Made by a program: the position numbers and the translations under genes
DNA from: Candidatus Shapirobacteria bacterium
GTDB lineage: Bacteria > Patescibacteriota > Microgenomatia > UBA12405
Assembly: GCA_041665485.1 (NCBI GenBank)
Contig: JBAYIT010000002.1
Location: 69,867-133,866, forward strand
Length of the DNA: 64,000 nucleotides
Direction: 5' to 3'
Part shown: positions 20,788 through 31,036 of the stretch, one piece after another
Position numbering within the stretch: the first letter of the stretch is position 1
Layout: each line of letters starts with the position of its first letter
Notes under the pieces: generated by a model
The model's database searches: none
What the model saw: only the letters and a program-made list of their open reading frames with translations
What the model was told of the DNA's origin: nothing

Positions 20788-22367
20788 AGATGACCCGTTA
20801 TTATAACCAATTTTTGCCGTTCATAACCCAAGAAACTTGTCTCCTCTTCTGACTCCACCATAAATCCTCTAATTGTAATATTTTTTAAACAAGACTCATA
20901 TTCCGTATTCATCCCACTCCTAGCAGCAATCGTTACAAATTTTACCCGGTCTTTTGCTCTCAAATGTTTTTCCAACCTAAGTTTACTTTCCTCTTTGTAA
21001 TTCGAATTGTTTGTCATTTGACTATAGGCATTCTGGCCAATATTGAGCACCGGCAAATTAGTAAAAGGAGAGAGAACATAATAAGTCATCCCCCCAACCT
21101 CACAATTTAAATATATATCCGGTTTGTAAACCAAAGATTTATCGGCCTTAATCTTGCTTGCTAAAATATTTTTAAATTCCTTTGGATAACTTTCCCGGTT
21201 ATAAAAATACCCCGGCCGAAAGCCAATATCATAAGCCAAAGACAAGTTAACCACCCGCTTATTTTGAACCAAAAGTACCAAAAACAAAGGCAAAAACAAA
21301 AAATATCTCCAAGATTTATTTTGAAATTTTGAATAAATCAATAGAATTATTAAGCCTCCTAAATACTCCAGAATTAACCCATATCGTAAATAACCGAAAC
21401 TTAACCCCCAACCCAAAAAAGCCACTACATAAAAACTAACCAACCAAGATCGCGCCAAAAATAACGCTAAAATTGCCATTACAAAATAAATATTTATTTT
21501 GTAGTCATTAAACAAATCGTGGACTTGACCAAGTCTTGCCGGCTTTAAAGCCGAATAATAGCCCCACCCCAATCTTTGCCATAAATTTTCCCCACCAAAT
21601 TGAGGTTCATGAAAACTAACCGGAGCAAAATATTTAGATTTAAAAACCGCATTATAAAAAGGAAAAATCGGGCTACCCGTGACTAGCCAATTTTTGCCAT
21701 ACCACCACAGGGGCAACAACATTACTACTCCCAAAACCAACAATGCTTTCTTCGTGGCTATTTTCTTTTTAAACCACTGATACAACACCACCATCCCAAA
21801 GGCCGGAACCAAATATAAATTCGTTTGCTTCCCCGCCACCAACACTGATAGCAAAAAACCAGCCAAAAATAGATTGCCCTTAATTAACCAATAAACCACC
21901 CACAAGCCCGCCATCGCCACCAAGCCGTCAACATAATACGATCCAACTCCCAAAAATAGTTCAAACGACAAAAAACTACTTACCAATAGAAAAGTTGATC
22001 CCAAATCACCCAGAATTTTTCCCTTGTGGTTAAGTAATTTATATATTTTATAAATCGCCAAAATCCCCAAGTATATTGCCAGCACCGAAAAAAATGTTCC
22101 CAATCTATAGCCCAATAAAGCATTGAACCCAAAGCCTACCATATCCAAAATTGGCGAAAAGTTGTGAATCCCGGTCGGAAAAAATTCATATTTATTGTTT
22201 TCCCAATTAATACCCTTAAAACCTAAATACAAGTGATAATTCAACGAATCTGCCGACACATCGGGGATAAAAACTCGATTTAAAAAAATCAAAAAAGGGA
22301 TAGCTAAACCAAACACCAATAAAAAAAGTGACAACCACCACTCAAACTTTTTCAAAAACAATTTCAC
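20784..22367 (-). CDS. Polytopic membrane protein, putative GT-C glycosyltransferase
   Basis: DSLNYHLY loop motif, GKQTN, GSPIFPFYNAVFKS, YLRY. Confidence 0.68.
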   Translation of the reverse strand: MKLFLKKFEWWLSLFLLVFGLAIPFLIFLNRVFIPDVSADSLNYHLYLGFKGINWENNKYEFFPTGIHNFSPILDMVGFGFNALLGYRLGTFFSVLAIYLGILAIYKIYKLLNHKGKILGDLGSTFLLVSSFLSFELFLGVGSYYVDGLVAMAGLWVVYWLIKGNLFLAGFLLSVLVAGKQTNLYLVPAFGMVVLYQWFKKKIATKKALLVLGVVMLLPLWWYGKNWLVTGSPIFPFYNAVFKSKYFAPVSFHEPQFGGENLWQRLGWGYYSALKPARLGQVHDLFNDYKINIYFVMAILALFLARSWLVSFYVVAFLGWGLSFGYLRYGLILEYLGGLIILLIYSKFQNKSWRYFLFLPLFLVLLVQNKRVVNLSLAYDIGFRPGYFYNRESYPKEFKNILASKIKADKSLVYKPDIYLNCEVGGMTYYVLSPFTNLPVLNIGQNAYSQMTNNSNYKEESKLRLEKHLRAKDRVKFVTIAARSGMNTEYESCLKNITIRGFMVESEEETSFLGYERQKLVIITGHL

Positions 22368-22911
22368 TGTTTAATCCAAACTGAAACAATTTATAACTCA
22401 CCATTTTGAAACCAGTTTCCTTGGCTAATTTTACAACATCTTTTCTTTCGTAATATTTTTTATGATCGTCAATTTGAGCTTTATCAATTAACCCAATTTT
22501 AGCCATGAATTCCAACATCGGTTTAGATGGTGGAGTTGGTGTTGTCATAACCAAAAAACCGCCAGTCTTTAGCACCCTTCTAAATTGAGCAAATAAATCA
22601 CTTACTTTGTCCAAATCAATGTGTTCCAATACCGCCAACATCACTACCTTATTAAAACTATTTAGTTTTAGTTCATTCCAGATATTTTTATCTTGTTTTT
22701 TAAATTCTAAATTCTTAGATTTTTTTGGGTTTATCTCTAGGTCTATTCCCAATCCGTATCCAATCTTATCTGCAATTTTTCTCAAAAAATATCCCTGACT
22801 GCCACAGCCAAAATCCAACACCCTGTCTCCATTTTCAATATACTTTTCAACCCTTACCAGCCTCATTCCAGCAATTAACCTGTCTAATACGTTGAAAGCT
22901 TCCGTGCTCAT
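22342..22911 (-). CDS. Class I SAM-dependent methyltransferase
   Basis: VLDFGCG, GIDL, LAVLEHI, RVLKTGG..MTTP. Start moved to ATG 22911 (MSTEAF) because an extended -10 lies 5 nt upstream of it. Confidence 0.88.
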   Translation of the reverse strand: MSTEAFNVLDRLIAGMRLVRVEKYIENGDRVLDFGCGSQGYFLRKIADKIGYGLGIDLEINPKKSKNLEFKKQDKNIWNELKLNSFNKVVMLAVLEHIDLDKVSDLFAQFRRVLKTGGFLVMTTPTPPSKPMLEFMAKIGLIDKAQIDDHKKYYERKDVVKLAKETGFKMVSYKLFQFGLNSEIVFEKV

Positions 22912-22916
22912 AGGAG

Positions 22917-22926
22917 ATGCTATCAT
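22917..22926. promoter_or_regulatory. Putative bidirectional extended -10 element (leaderless, divergent methyltransferase / rmlC)
   Basis: + strand TGcTATCAT (22918-22926) lies 5 nt before ATG 22932. - strand TGaTAGCAT (22925-22917) lies 5 nt before ATG 22911. Confidence 0.55.
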
Positions 22927-22931
22927 AAATC

Positions 22932-23489
22932 ATGACATTCACCACCCTCTCCCTCCCCGGATTAATCTTAATTGAACCTCAAGTTTTTGGAGATAATCGA
23001 GGCTTCTTTTTAGAAAGTTATAACGCCAAAGTTTTTGCCGAAAACGGAATTACCACCCAATTTATTCAAGACAATCATTCACAATCCCAAAACAACATTC
23101 TTCGCGGTCTACATCTTCAACTCCCTCCTTTTGCCCAAACCAAATTAGTCCGAGTCACTCGTGGCCAAGTCTTGGACGTTGTTGTTGATGCCCGCCCAAA
23201 TTCTCCTACTTACAAAAAATTTGAAATGGTGGAGCTTTCTGAAAGCAACAAACGCCAGCTTTATATCCCAGCCGGATTCCTTCATGGTTTTCTCACCCAA
23301 AGCCCGATTGTCGACTTTCAGTACAAAGTAGATAACTACTATTCTAAAGAGTCGGAAATCGGTGTTCTCTGGAACGACCCGGATATTAATATTTCCTGGC
23401 CCGCAAACAATCCAGAGCTATCTGCCAAGGATGCCATTAATCCGAGAATTGCTGAAGTTGAAGAAAAATTATCTATTTTCAAAAACTAA
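22932..23489 (+). CDS. rmlC: dTDP-4-dehydrorhamnose 3,5-epimerase
   Basis: FGDNRGFFLE, QDNHS, LRGLHLQ, KLVRV..G.VLDVVVD.R, GFLHGF, YKVDNYY, WNDP. Confidence 0.97.
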   Translation: MTFTTLSLPGLILIEPQVFGDNRGFFLESYNAKVFAENGITTQFIQDNHSQSQNNILRGLHLQLPPFAQTKLVRVTRGQVLDVVVDARPNSPTYKKFEMVELSESNKRQLYIPAGFLHGFLTQSPIVDFQYKVDNYYSKESEIGVLWNDPDINISWPANNPELSAKDAINPRIAEVEEKLSIFKN

Positions 23490-23490
23490 A

Positions 23491-24378
23491 ATGAAAATAA
23501 TTGGCACCGGCCTTTCCGGGCTCGTCGGTTCAAGAATTGTTGAAATATTGGGCAATCAACATCAATTTATTGATTTTTCACTCGACAGCGGAGTGGATAT
23601 CCTCAATCAAAAACAACTCCAAGATGAATTCCAAAAACATCTTGACGCCTCTTTAGTTATCCATCTTGCCGCTTTTACCGATACTAATATTGCCTGGGCG
23701 CAAAGAGGGGACAAATCCGGCCTCTGTTACCAGCTTAATGTAATTGGAACCCAAAACATCGCCAACCTCTGCCAAGAACACAAGAAATATCTTATTTACG
23801 TCTCCACCGATTTTGTTTTCGACGGCGCCACCAATAAACCCTACACCGAAGACGATTTACCAAATCCAATCGAATGGTACGGCCAAACCAAATTCGAAGG
23901 AGAAAAAGTAGTCTCCCAATTAACCGATTCCGCCATCACCCGCATCTCTTTTCCCTATCGTGCTGTTTTCGCCCCAAAAAAAGATTTAATCAGAAAAATT
24001 ATTGACGGCTTTAAAAACAATAGTTTGAATCCATTTTTTACTGACCAAATTACCACTCCAACCTTTACGGACGATATCGCCAATGGCCTCGATTATTTCT
24101 TTAAAAACAAACCACAAGGCACATTCCACCTCACTGGATCGTCTTCACAGTCGCCCTTCGATCTCGCCAACGCTATTGCCCAAATTTTCGGTTTCGACCC
24201 AAGCCTAATCAGGCCTTCACTTCTTTCCGAATATATTAAAAACCAACCGCCCGAATCCCGCCCATGGCAAAAAAATCTTACCATTGACAACACCAAAATC
24301 ACTTCTCTTGGTCTCAATTTTTCCGATTTGTCTCAAGGGTTAGAGAAAATCAAAGAGCAGCTTCAGACGCTTTCTTAG
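23491..24378 (+). CDS. rmlD: dTDP-4-dehydrorhamnose reductase
   Basis: [39 protein letters not shown]. Start is ATG 23491 just after the rmlC stop. Confidence 0.93.
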   Translation: MKIIGTGLSGLVGSRIVEILGNQHQFIDFSLDSGVDILNQKQLQDEFQKHLDASLVIHLAAFTDTNIAWAQRGDKSGLCYQLNVIGTQNIANLCQEHKKYLIYVSTDFVFDGATNKPYTEDDLPNPIEWYGQTKFEGEKVVSQLTDSAITRISFPYRAVFAPKKDLIRKIIDGFKNNSLNPFFTDQITTPTFTDDIANGLDYFFKNKPQGTFHLTGSSSQSPFDLANAIAQIFGFDPSLIRPSLLSEYIKNQPPESRPWQKNLTIDNTKITSLGLNFSDLSQGLEKIKEQLQTLS

Positions 24379-25072
24379 CCATAAAATTACTTACCCGCAA
24401 CAAAGAATCAAATGTCCCAGCGTCTTCCCAGACACCATCAATAATATTTACTGTCAACTCACTACTTTGCAAATAAATATTGTTAAGATCGGTAATTTCT
24501 AATTCTCCCCGGGCCGATGGTTGCAAATCTTTGGCAAATTTGACCACTCGATTGTCATAAGTATAAAGGCCGACTACGGCATAGTCACTTTTTGGTTTAA
24601 TAGGTTTTTCTTCAATTGAAATTGCCCTCATTTCTTTATCAAACTCAACTACTCCAAACCTCTCCGGATCTGGAACTTTTTTTGCAAACACCATAGCGCC
24701 ATTGTTAAAAGTTTTTATAGCTTCCGAAAAATCATCCTCAAATATATTATCTCCCAAAATCATGGTTACATTATCGTTACCAATAAAGTTCTCTCCGATT
24801 CTAAAAGCGTCAGCCAACCCTCTCGGTTCTTCCTGAATTTCATAAGAAAACTTAACCCCAAAATCTCTCCCCGATCCTAATAAGTTCAAAAAATGACCGG
24901 AATAATCGGGGGCGATAATTATTAAGATGTCCTTAATACCCGCTTTAGCTAAAGTTTCAATCGGATAATAAATCATCGGTTTGTTGTAAACCGGCAGTAA
25001 CTGTTTTGAGGTGATTTTGGTTAACGGCCTCAACCGAGTGGCTTTCCCACCAGCCAAAACTATACCTTTCAT
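24350..25072 (-). CDS. rmlA: Glucose-1-phosphate thymidylyltransferase (short form)
   Basis: [56 protein letters not shown]. Confidence 0.95.
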   Translation of the reverse strand: MKGIVLAGGKATRLRPLTKITSKQLLPVYNKPMIYYPIETLAKAGIKDILIIIAPDYSGHFLNLLGSGRDFGVKFSYEIQEEPRGLADAFRIGENFIGNDNVTMILGDNIFEDDFSEAIKTFNNGAMVFAKKVPDPERFGVVEFDKEMRAISIEEKPIKPKSDYAVVGLYTYDNRVVKFAKDLQPSARGELEITDLNNIYLQSSELTVNIIDGVWEDAGTFDSLLRVSNFMAKKASEAAL

Positions 25073-25078
25073 TATCTT

Positions 25079-25088
25079 AGTATATACT
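25079..25088. promoter_or_regulatory. Palindromic bidirectional -10 element (leaderless, divergent rmlA / rmlB)
   Basis: The AGTATATACT palindrome gives TATACT on both strands, each exactly 6 nt before the ATG (25095 on +, 25072 on -). Confidence 0.6.
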
Positions 25089-25094
25089 TAAATC

Positions 25095-26108
25095 ATGAAA
25101 CTTTTAATCACCGGCGGTCTTGGTTTTATTGGCACCAATTTTATTCGTTATTGGATAACCAAACACCCAAACGATCAAATCATAAACCTCGATAAAATTA
25201 CCTACGCTGCCAACCCCGACAATCTGGCTAATTTATCAACCAACCCCAACTATAAGTTTATCAAGGGAGATATTGTTGATCAGGAGGTTGTCGACGATCT
25301 TGTTTCCCAAGTTGACACTATTGTCCATTTTGCCGCTGAATCGCACGTTGACCGCTCAATCGACGACCCTCTCCTTTTTGTTAAAACCAATGTTTTGGGA
25401 ACATACTCTCTTCTTAAAGCTGCCCTAAAACAAAAGACTCGTTTTCATCACATCTCCACCGACGAAGTTTATGGTACCGTCGACCCAAATACCAACGAAG
25501 AGTTTTCTGAAATCACATCCTTTAACCCAACTTCACCATACGCCGCCTCCAAAGCTAGTTCTGATCTTTTTGCCCTTTCTTTTTACAAAACTTACGGCCT
25601 GCCTTTAACCATTACCAATTGCTCAAACAACTACGGCCCCTACCAAAATCCGGAAAAATTTATTCCCCGTCTTATCACAAATATTTTGTCCGATAAAAAA
25701 ATACCCGTTTATGGTCGAGGAGAGAATCTTCGCGACTGGCTTTTTGTTGACGATCATTGCTCTGCCATCGAAACTGTTTTATTAAAAGGAAAAATAGGAG
25801 AAACATACTGCATTGGTGGGCTAAAAGAAGCTACTAGAAATATTGACATTGTTAAAAAAGTTTTAACCATTATGGGTAGGGGAGAGGAAATGATCGAATA
25901 TGTTGCCGACAGGCCAGCTCACGACAACTATCGTGTTTCTTGGAAAAAAATCAATCAAGAGCTCGGTTGGCAACCAAAAGAATCACTCGAGTCAGGGCTA
26001 ACAAAAACTATTAAGTGGTATACCGAAAATCAGGACTGGTGGCAAAAATCAAAAGCCGAAGCCGAACAGTTTTATCAAAAACTAAACAACTACCAAAACC
26101 TGAAATGA
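25095..26108 (+). CDS. rmlB: dTDP-glucose 4,6-dehydratase
   Basis: TGGLGFIG, LDKITYA, HFAAESHVDRSI, HISTDEVYG, PYAASKA, CSNNYGPYQ.PEK.IP. Confidence 0.97.
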   Translation: MKLLITGGLGFIGTNFIRYWITKHPNDQIINLDKITYAANPDNLANLSTNPNYKFIKGDIVDQEVVDDLVSQVDTIVHFAAESHVDRSIDDPLLFVKTNVLGTYSLLKAALKQKTRFHHISTDEVYGTVDPNTNEEFSEITSFNPTSPYAASKASSDLFALSFYKTYGLPLTITNCSNNYGPYQNPEKFIPRLITNILSDKKIPVYGRGENLRDWLFVDDHCSAIETVLLKGKIGETYCIGGLKEATRNIDIVKKVLTIMGRGEEMIEYVADRPAHDNYRVSWKKINQELGWQPKESLESGLTKTIKWYTENQDWWQKSKAEAEQFYQKLNNYQNLK

Positions 26109-27517
26109 CCGTGCTAAAGACTATTTTATCGGTTTCTATAATTCTCCTCTTCCTCTTTCTCCGTTTTTACAAAATCCAAAACTCTCTTTTCTTTTTTAAC
26201 GACATGGGCCGGGACATGTTGGTTTTATATACTTGGCAGGAAACCGGCAAACCTCCTCTTTTGGGCCCTCAAACCAGCGCCCTCCCTTTCAATCAATCGG
26301 CTATCTATTTTTACATCCTTTTCCCCTTCTATTTACTCACCAACGCCTCGCCCTACACCGCCCTTATCGCCAACGCTTTTCTCTACATCTCCTCTTTTAT
26401 CTTCAGTCTTTATTTTTTCCGCAACAATCCAAAATCTAGTTTCTTGTTACTAGTATCTTTTTTTCTCATAAGTGTCCACCCTCAATTTATTATCCAAAAC
26501 CGTTACATCTGGAACCCTTCGTTTGTCACTCCATTTTTACTTCCATCACTTTTATCTTTCTATCTCCTCAGCCAAAAATATTCAAAAATATATTTATGGC
26601 TTTTTTCTTTTAGTCTGAGCATGGCTCTTTCTTTAAGCTATTCTATCGCTCCACTTTTTATTGCCCTTATTGTTACTTCTCTTTTTATTTTCAAACAAAA
26701 AATTATTTCCATTCTTTTTTCTCTTGGAACTTCCCTTGCCATTATCAATCTACCCACTATTTTTTTTGAATTTCGCCATCAGTTCCTCTTAACCACTGCC
26801 CTATTAACCAAACATTCGCCACCTCAAGCCGACACAGAATTCTTATCTAAATTAAACAATCTCCTAACGTTTACCGTTGGTAGCTCCAGTTACTTACTAA
26901 ACTTAATCATCTTAATTTTAATCATCACCACTTCGCTCTTCTTTATTTTTAAATCTAAAAGCCATTTCCAAAAACTCATATCAATACTTCTCCTTATTAC
27001 CTTAGCTTTTACATTTCTAATTCCCATAACCATCCAAGCCCACTATATCTTTGGTATTTTAATCCTATTTTTTCTACTTTTAGCCTCAGTTCCCTTTCCT
27101 TATTCGCTTTTAATTTTAATTACTTCTAGCTTAATTTATTTCCAGCCATCTCACCTTAATTCTTATTTCAAAACTGCCCCCAGAACCATTACTCAAACCA
27201 ATCAATGTTTTCAACAGTTTTGCCAAAAATATCCCAAACCACTATTTGTCACTGTCACCTCAAGTCTTCATCCTTACCATTACGGCCCGGAATTTCGATA
27301 TCTAATGGCCAAAAACGGTTGCCTAGTTAGAAACATAGAATCACAACCATCTAGCGCCAATACCATGGCTGTCGTTCTCGATTCTGCCACCTTTTCTCAA
27401 AAAACTCACTATTATGAACTCGATCTTTTTGGCCCATTTTCTCTTGGCTCTACTTTCCCTTGCGCCCCCAACCTTGGCATTCAATTAATCACCAGGTCTA
27501 ATAACTCCATCCCTTAG
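26105..27517 (+). CDS. Polytopic membrane protein, putative GT-C (ArnT-like) glycosyltransferase
   Basis: FLRFY, DMGRD, PLLGP, WNP. Start at ATG 26105 gives an ATGA overlap with the rmlB stop. Confidence 0.72.
   Translation: MTVLKTILSVSIILLFLFLRFYKIQNSLFFFNDMGRDMLVLYTWQETGKPPLLGPQTSALPFNQSAIYFYILFPFYLLTNASPYTALIANAFLYISSFIFSLYFFRNNPKSSFLLLVSFFLISVHPQFIIQNRYIWNPSFVTPFLLPSLLSFYLLSQKYSKIYLWLFSFSLSMALSLSYSIAPLFIALIVTSLFIFKQKIISILFSLGTSLAIINLPTIFFEFRHQFLLTTALLTKHSPPQADTEFLSKLNNLLTFTVGSSSYLLNLIILILIITTSLFFIFKSKSHFQKLISILLLITLAFTFLIPITIQAHYIFGILILFFLLLASVPFPYSLLILITSSLIYFQPSHLNSYFKTAPRTITQTNQCFQQFCQKYPKPLFVTVTSSLHPYHYGPEFRYLMAKNGCLVRNIESQPSSANTMAVVLDSATFSQKTHYYELDLFGPFSLGSTFPCAPNLGIQLITRSNNSIP
26435..26462 (+). 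repeat. Degenerate 7-nt tandem array in coding sequence
   Basis: TCTAGTT TCTTGTT ACTAGTA TCTTTTT. Confidence 0.5.
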
Positions 27518-28505
27518 GTTTATTTTTATACCAAGTTACTAACGCTTTTACACTATCTTCAATCGTTCTTTTTGGCACCCAACCCAAAACAGATTTTACT
27601 TTATCGATATTAGCGTAAATTTCAGCGTATTCTCCCTTCCTTGCTTCACCTCTTTCTATTGGAAAGTCAGTTCCTGTTATCGCTTTCACCTGATTAACAA
27701 TTTCCATTACCGAATTTCCTCTACCTGTTCCCAAATTAAACAATTGACTCTCTCCACCATTACTTAAATATTCAAAAGCCAAAACATGAGCTTCGGCTAA
27801 ATCCAAAACATTAATGTAATCTCTAATTGGTGTTGTATCCGGCGTTTCCACTTGGGGGCAAGTTAGTTTAAACGGCTCAATTCCCAAGGCCCCTCGCACC
27901 GCATTTTGCATTAGTAGTTGCGATGGTTTTTTGCTATCGCCAATTATGCCATCTTCTACCGCCCCAGCCACGTTGAAATATCTAAAAATCGTGTATTTTA
28001 AACCATATATCTTTCCGAACCATCTAATCATTTCTTCGGCAATTAGTTTTGATTCACCATAAGGATTACTAGGATTAGTCGGATGCTTTTCATCCACTGG
28101 CAGATACTGACTCTCGCCGTAAACGGCGCAAGTTGAGGAAAAAACCAAGTTCTTAACATTGTTATTTTTAAGTGCGTTTAATAAGTTTAGCGTCCCCAAA
28201 TCATTATTTTCAAAATACAATTCCGGCTGTTCCATCGATTCATTCACCAAACATAGCGCCGCAAAATGCAATACTCCTGCTGGGCTAATTTCCTTAATTA
28301 TTTCATCTAATTTTTGCTTTTCTCTTAAGTCAACTTTATAAAAACTAATTTTTTCCTTACCGTACTTTTTCAGCAAAACATCAATTACTTCCTGATAACC
28401 TCGAAACAAATTATCAATCACCGCCACTTCGTAACCCTTCTCTAATAACGTCAAAACAGTATGTGATCCAATGTAACCCGCTCCTCCGGTAACTAAAATT
28501 TTCAT
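27498..28505 (-). CDS. galE: UDP-glucose 4-epimerase
   Basis: VTGGAGYIGSH, HFAA..V.ES, FSSTCAVYG, YGESK, RYFNVAGA, IRDYI.V.DLAEAH, NLGTG.G.SV. Confidence 0.96.
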   Translation of the reverse strand: MKILVTGGAGYIGSHTVLTLLEKGYEVAVIDNLFRGYQEVIDVLLKKYGKEKISFYKVDLREKQKLDEIIKEISPAGVLHFAALCLVNESMEQPELYFENNDLGTLNLLNALKNNNVKNLVFSSTCAVYGESQYLPVDEKHPTNPSNPYGESKLIAEEMIRWFGKIYGLKYTIFRYFNVAGAVEDGIIGDSKKPSQLLMQNAVRGALGIEPFKLTCPQVETPDTTPIRDYINVLDLAEAHVLAFEYLSNGGESQLFNLGTGRGNSVMEIVNQVKAITGTDFPIERGEARKGEYAEIYANIDKVKSVLGWVPKRTIEDSVKALVTWYKNKPKGWSY

Positions 28506-28508
28506 AAT

Positions 28509-29438
28509 TTATTTAATTAATAAAAATACTCCGCCAATTAATGCCCCGATTATCCCCATTACTCCGCCAAAGGTCGACACCAGTAAAATCTTTTCATCAG
28601 CAATTCCTAATTGAGAAAAGAAAAATAAAAACAATTGCTCTCTGGCTCCGAAGCCAGCCACTGATATTGGTAAAACTAAAATCAATGATATTACCGGCAT
28701 AAAAATGTAGACATCTAAAAGTCCAATCCCAGCCTTAAAAACCAACGAATAAAACCATACTGGCAACATCCAAATTGGTTCGGCCAAAAGCGATATTAAA
28801 AGGCATTTAAAAATTTTCCTTTTATTTTCTGCTCTTAATAAGCTAACTACCTGCATTATTCTTTTACCAAACGGCAATTTCATCACTAACTTCTCAAAAT
28901 CAACCAAGTAGACAAATAAATAAAAACCGATTACTCCAATGTTTAAAGCTCCAAATAGCCATAATAAAAATTCCGGAAATTTATACCCCAAAATCTTTCC
29001 TGCCACCAAGGCCACTAAAGCCACTATCGAAAAAGCCGTAAAGCCAATTACTCGATCAATGATCACCGAAGAGGCAATTCTTACTTTTGACAATTCCGGA
29101 TATTTTTCAATTAGTGGCAACCATTTAAATAAATCACCTCCCACCGCCGTTGGAAACACTAAACTATAAAAACCCCCGCCCCAAGTTGCTTTAGTAAAAG
29201 TCCAATAATCGGCAAACTTTGGTTTATCGAGCAGAAGCGTTGCCCATCTAATCCCGCCAATCAACATTATTACCGACGAATACACCAAAAACAACACCAC
29301 AAACCAAATCGGCACTAATCTCAGTTCACCAATCAAATGCACCACATTCACTCTCCTAAAAGCAAAATATATTAAAACTGCCGAAAAAATCAATCTTATC
29401 CACTTTGACCCCAAAACAATTTTTAGTTTATCTTTCAT
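28509..29438 (-). CDS. Lysylphosphatidylglycerol-synthase-TM / putative flippase (UPF0104, AglD-like)
   Basis: RW..LL, FPTAVGGD, DRVIG, LPISVAGFGARE motifs; multiple TM segments. Confidence 0.85.
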   Translation of the reverse strand: MKDKLKIVLGSKWIRLIFSAVLIYFAFRRVNVVHLIGELRLVPIWFVVLFLVYSSVIMLIGGIRWATLLLDKPKFADYWTFTKATWGGGFYSLVFPTAVGGDLFKWLPLIEKYPELSKVRIASSVIIDRVIGFTAFSIVALVALVAGKILGYKFPEFLLWLFGALNIGVIGFYLFVYLVDFEKLVMKLPFGKRIMQVVSLLRAENKRKIFKCLLISLLAEPIWMLPVWFYSLVFKAGIGLLDVYIFMPVISLILVLPISVAGFGAREQLFLFFFSQLGIADEKILLVSTFGGVMGIIGALIGGVFLLIK

Positions 29439-29465
29439 AAAAGCTAACCTATACTATATCAGTAT

Positions 29466-30593
29466 ATGCGACTTTTGTTTGTTTCTCACATCCACCCACC
29501 TGGAGTTGACGGTGGCTCAAAAATAATCTGGAAACTAAGAGATTATTTCCAAAATAACGGCCACCAAACCTTGTCCCTGGCCACCAATCTTTATTCTACT
29601 GATGATTTTGTTAGATCCAACCCTAAAGCTAACAAGTTTACTCAAAACAATCTCTTTCTTCTTCCGACCTATCGCCTCCATCGCCGTCTCCCCAAACCGG
29701 TTTTTAAGATTGCTTCTTTTATCAAGTTTCTAGTTTCTTGTTTCAAGTTCCGCCCTGATTTCATAGTTGCTGGCCCACTCCCCACTACTATTATTTTTTA
29801 CGCCATCTTAATAAAGTTTTTAACTAGAGCAAAATTAATTTTTATTCCTTGCTTCCACGAAAAAGATTCAGAATTCACCTCCCTTTTTATCATCAAAGCC
29901 CTCCGCCAAGTCGATCTTCTCTGCACCCTCACCCACCACGAAGTTTCTGTTCTAACTAGGAACTATCATCTAAAATCTAACAACTGTTTTGTATTAGGCG
30001 CAGGCATCGACCACTCTTTTCTTATCAGTAAATTCACTAAGCCCAAAAAACAAAATTTATTATTTCTTGGCAACTTTGCCGCTCATAAACAAGCCGAACT
30101 TCTCATCAAATCATTTGCTATTCTCTTAGCCAAATATCCCCATCTCACCCTTACTCTAGCCGGCCAAAAAACTCTCTACTACCCTAAAATTTTAGCAACT
30201 CTCAAAAAACTCCCTCTCTCAATTCGTCAAAAAATTAAAATATATCCTAAACGCTATAGCACTAGCGCACTAGCGCACTTCCTATCTAATTGCTCTTTTC
30301 TAGTTCTACCCTCAATTCACGAAAGTTTTGGTTTGGTTTTCATTGAGGCTCTCGCCCGTGGCCGAGCGGTTATTGGCGCCGATATTGGACCGGTTTCGGA
30401 ACTTATTGCCCAAACCGGTGGTGGTCTTACTTTCAAACCCAAATCAATTCCTTCGCTTACTAAAGCCATTTCTAAACTTCTTAGTTCACCCGTTCTTTCT
30501 CAAAAAATGGCCCAAACCGGATATCAATACATCAAAGATCACTACACTTGGGATAAAATAGGGGACAGGCTATGCCAAAAAATCGCATGTTAG
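29466..30593 (+). CDS. Glycosyltransferase family 4
   Basis: PP.VDGG, LFLG..K, LPSIHESFGLVFIEALARG. Confidence 0.9.
   Translation: MRLLFVSHIHPPGVDGGSKIIWKLRDYFQNNGHQTLSLATNLYSTDDFVRSNPKANKFTQNNLFLLPTYRLHRRLPKPVFKIASFIKFLVSCFKFRPDFIVAGPLPTTIIFYAILIKFLTRAKLIFIPCFHEKDSEFTSLFIIKALRQVDLLCTLTHHEVSVLTRNYHLKSNNCFVLGAGIDHSFLISKFTKPKKQNLLFLGNFAAHKQAELLIKSFAILLAKYPHLTLTLAGQKTLYYPKILATLKKLPLSIRQKIKIYPKRYSTSALAHFLSNCSFLVLPSIHESFGLVFIEALARGRAVIGADIGPVSELIAQTGGGLTFKPKSIPSLTKAISKLLSSPVLSQKMAQTGYQYIKDHYTWDKIGDRLCQKIAC
29722..29749 (+). repeat. 7-nt tandem array in GT4 coding sequence
   Basis: TCAAGTT TCTAGTT TCTTGTT TCAAGTT. Confidence 0.75.
29954..29988 (+). repeat. Degenerate 7-nt tandem array in GT4 coding sequence
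   Basis: AACTAGG AACTATC ATCTAAA ATCTAAC AACTGTT. Confidence 0.5.
30259..30279 (+). repeat. 8-nt tandem array in GT4 coding sequence
   Basis: GCACTAGC GCACTAGC GCACT. Confidence 0.7.
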
Positions 30594-31036
30594 CATTACT
30601 TTTCATACCATTTTTTTTCTTACTCTATTTTCTATTTTTAAAAAACAACAACGATATCCGTCAAATCCGCTTACAAATCGGTGATAAATCTTTCTCCCTA
30701 GAAGTTGCCTCCGCTATTTGGCAACAAAGCAGGGGCCTGTCCAATCGCTCATCTTTATGCCCAAATTGCGGTATGTTGTTTGTTTTCCCAGAATCCCACA
30801 TTCAAACATTTTGGATGAAAGACACCCTTATCCCTCTCGATATAATTTTTATTGATACATTAGGTAAAATAGTTACTATTCACACTGCCAACCCCCAACC
30901 AAATACACCCATAAACAAACTCAAAACTTATTCCTCAACAAAAAATGCCCAATACGTTATCGAGCTCAATGCCGGCCAAGCAAAACTGTTAAACTTAACC
31001 ATCGGTCAAACCCTACCTCTACCTCTAACTTTATAA
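30572..31036 (+). CDS. DUF192-family protein
   Basis: N-terminal TM segment, LEVA..RGLS.R, GMLFVF, FWMKDT.IPLDIIFID, YVIELNAG. Start may be 30587. Confidence 0.92.
   Translation: MPKNRMLALLFIPFFFLLYFLFLKNNNDIRQIRLQIGDKSFSLEVASAIWQQSRGLSNRSSLCPNCGMLFVFPESHIQTFWMKDTLIPLDIIFIDTLGKIVTIHTANPQPNTPINKLKTYSSTKNAQYVIELNAGQAKLLNLTIGQTLPLPLTL

Noticed and set aside
23362-23490. Long N-terminal extensions in track ORFs (rmlD; also 26015, 33856, 43868, 51073, 53421)
   Set aside because: They overlap upstream genes. Downstream ATGs next to the preceding stop codons match the family N-termini.
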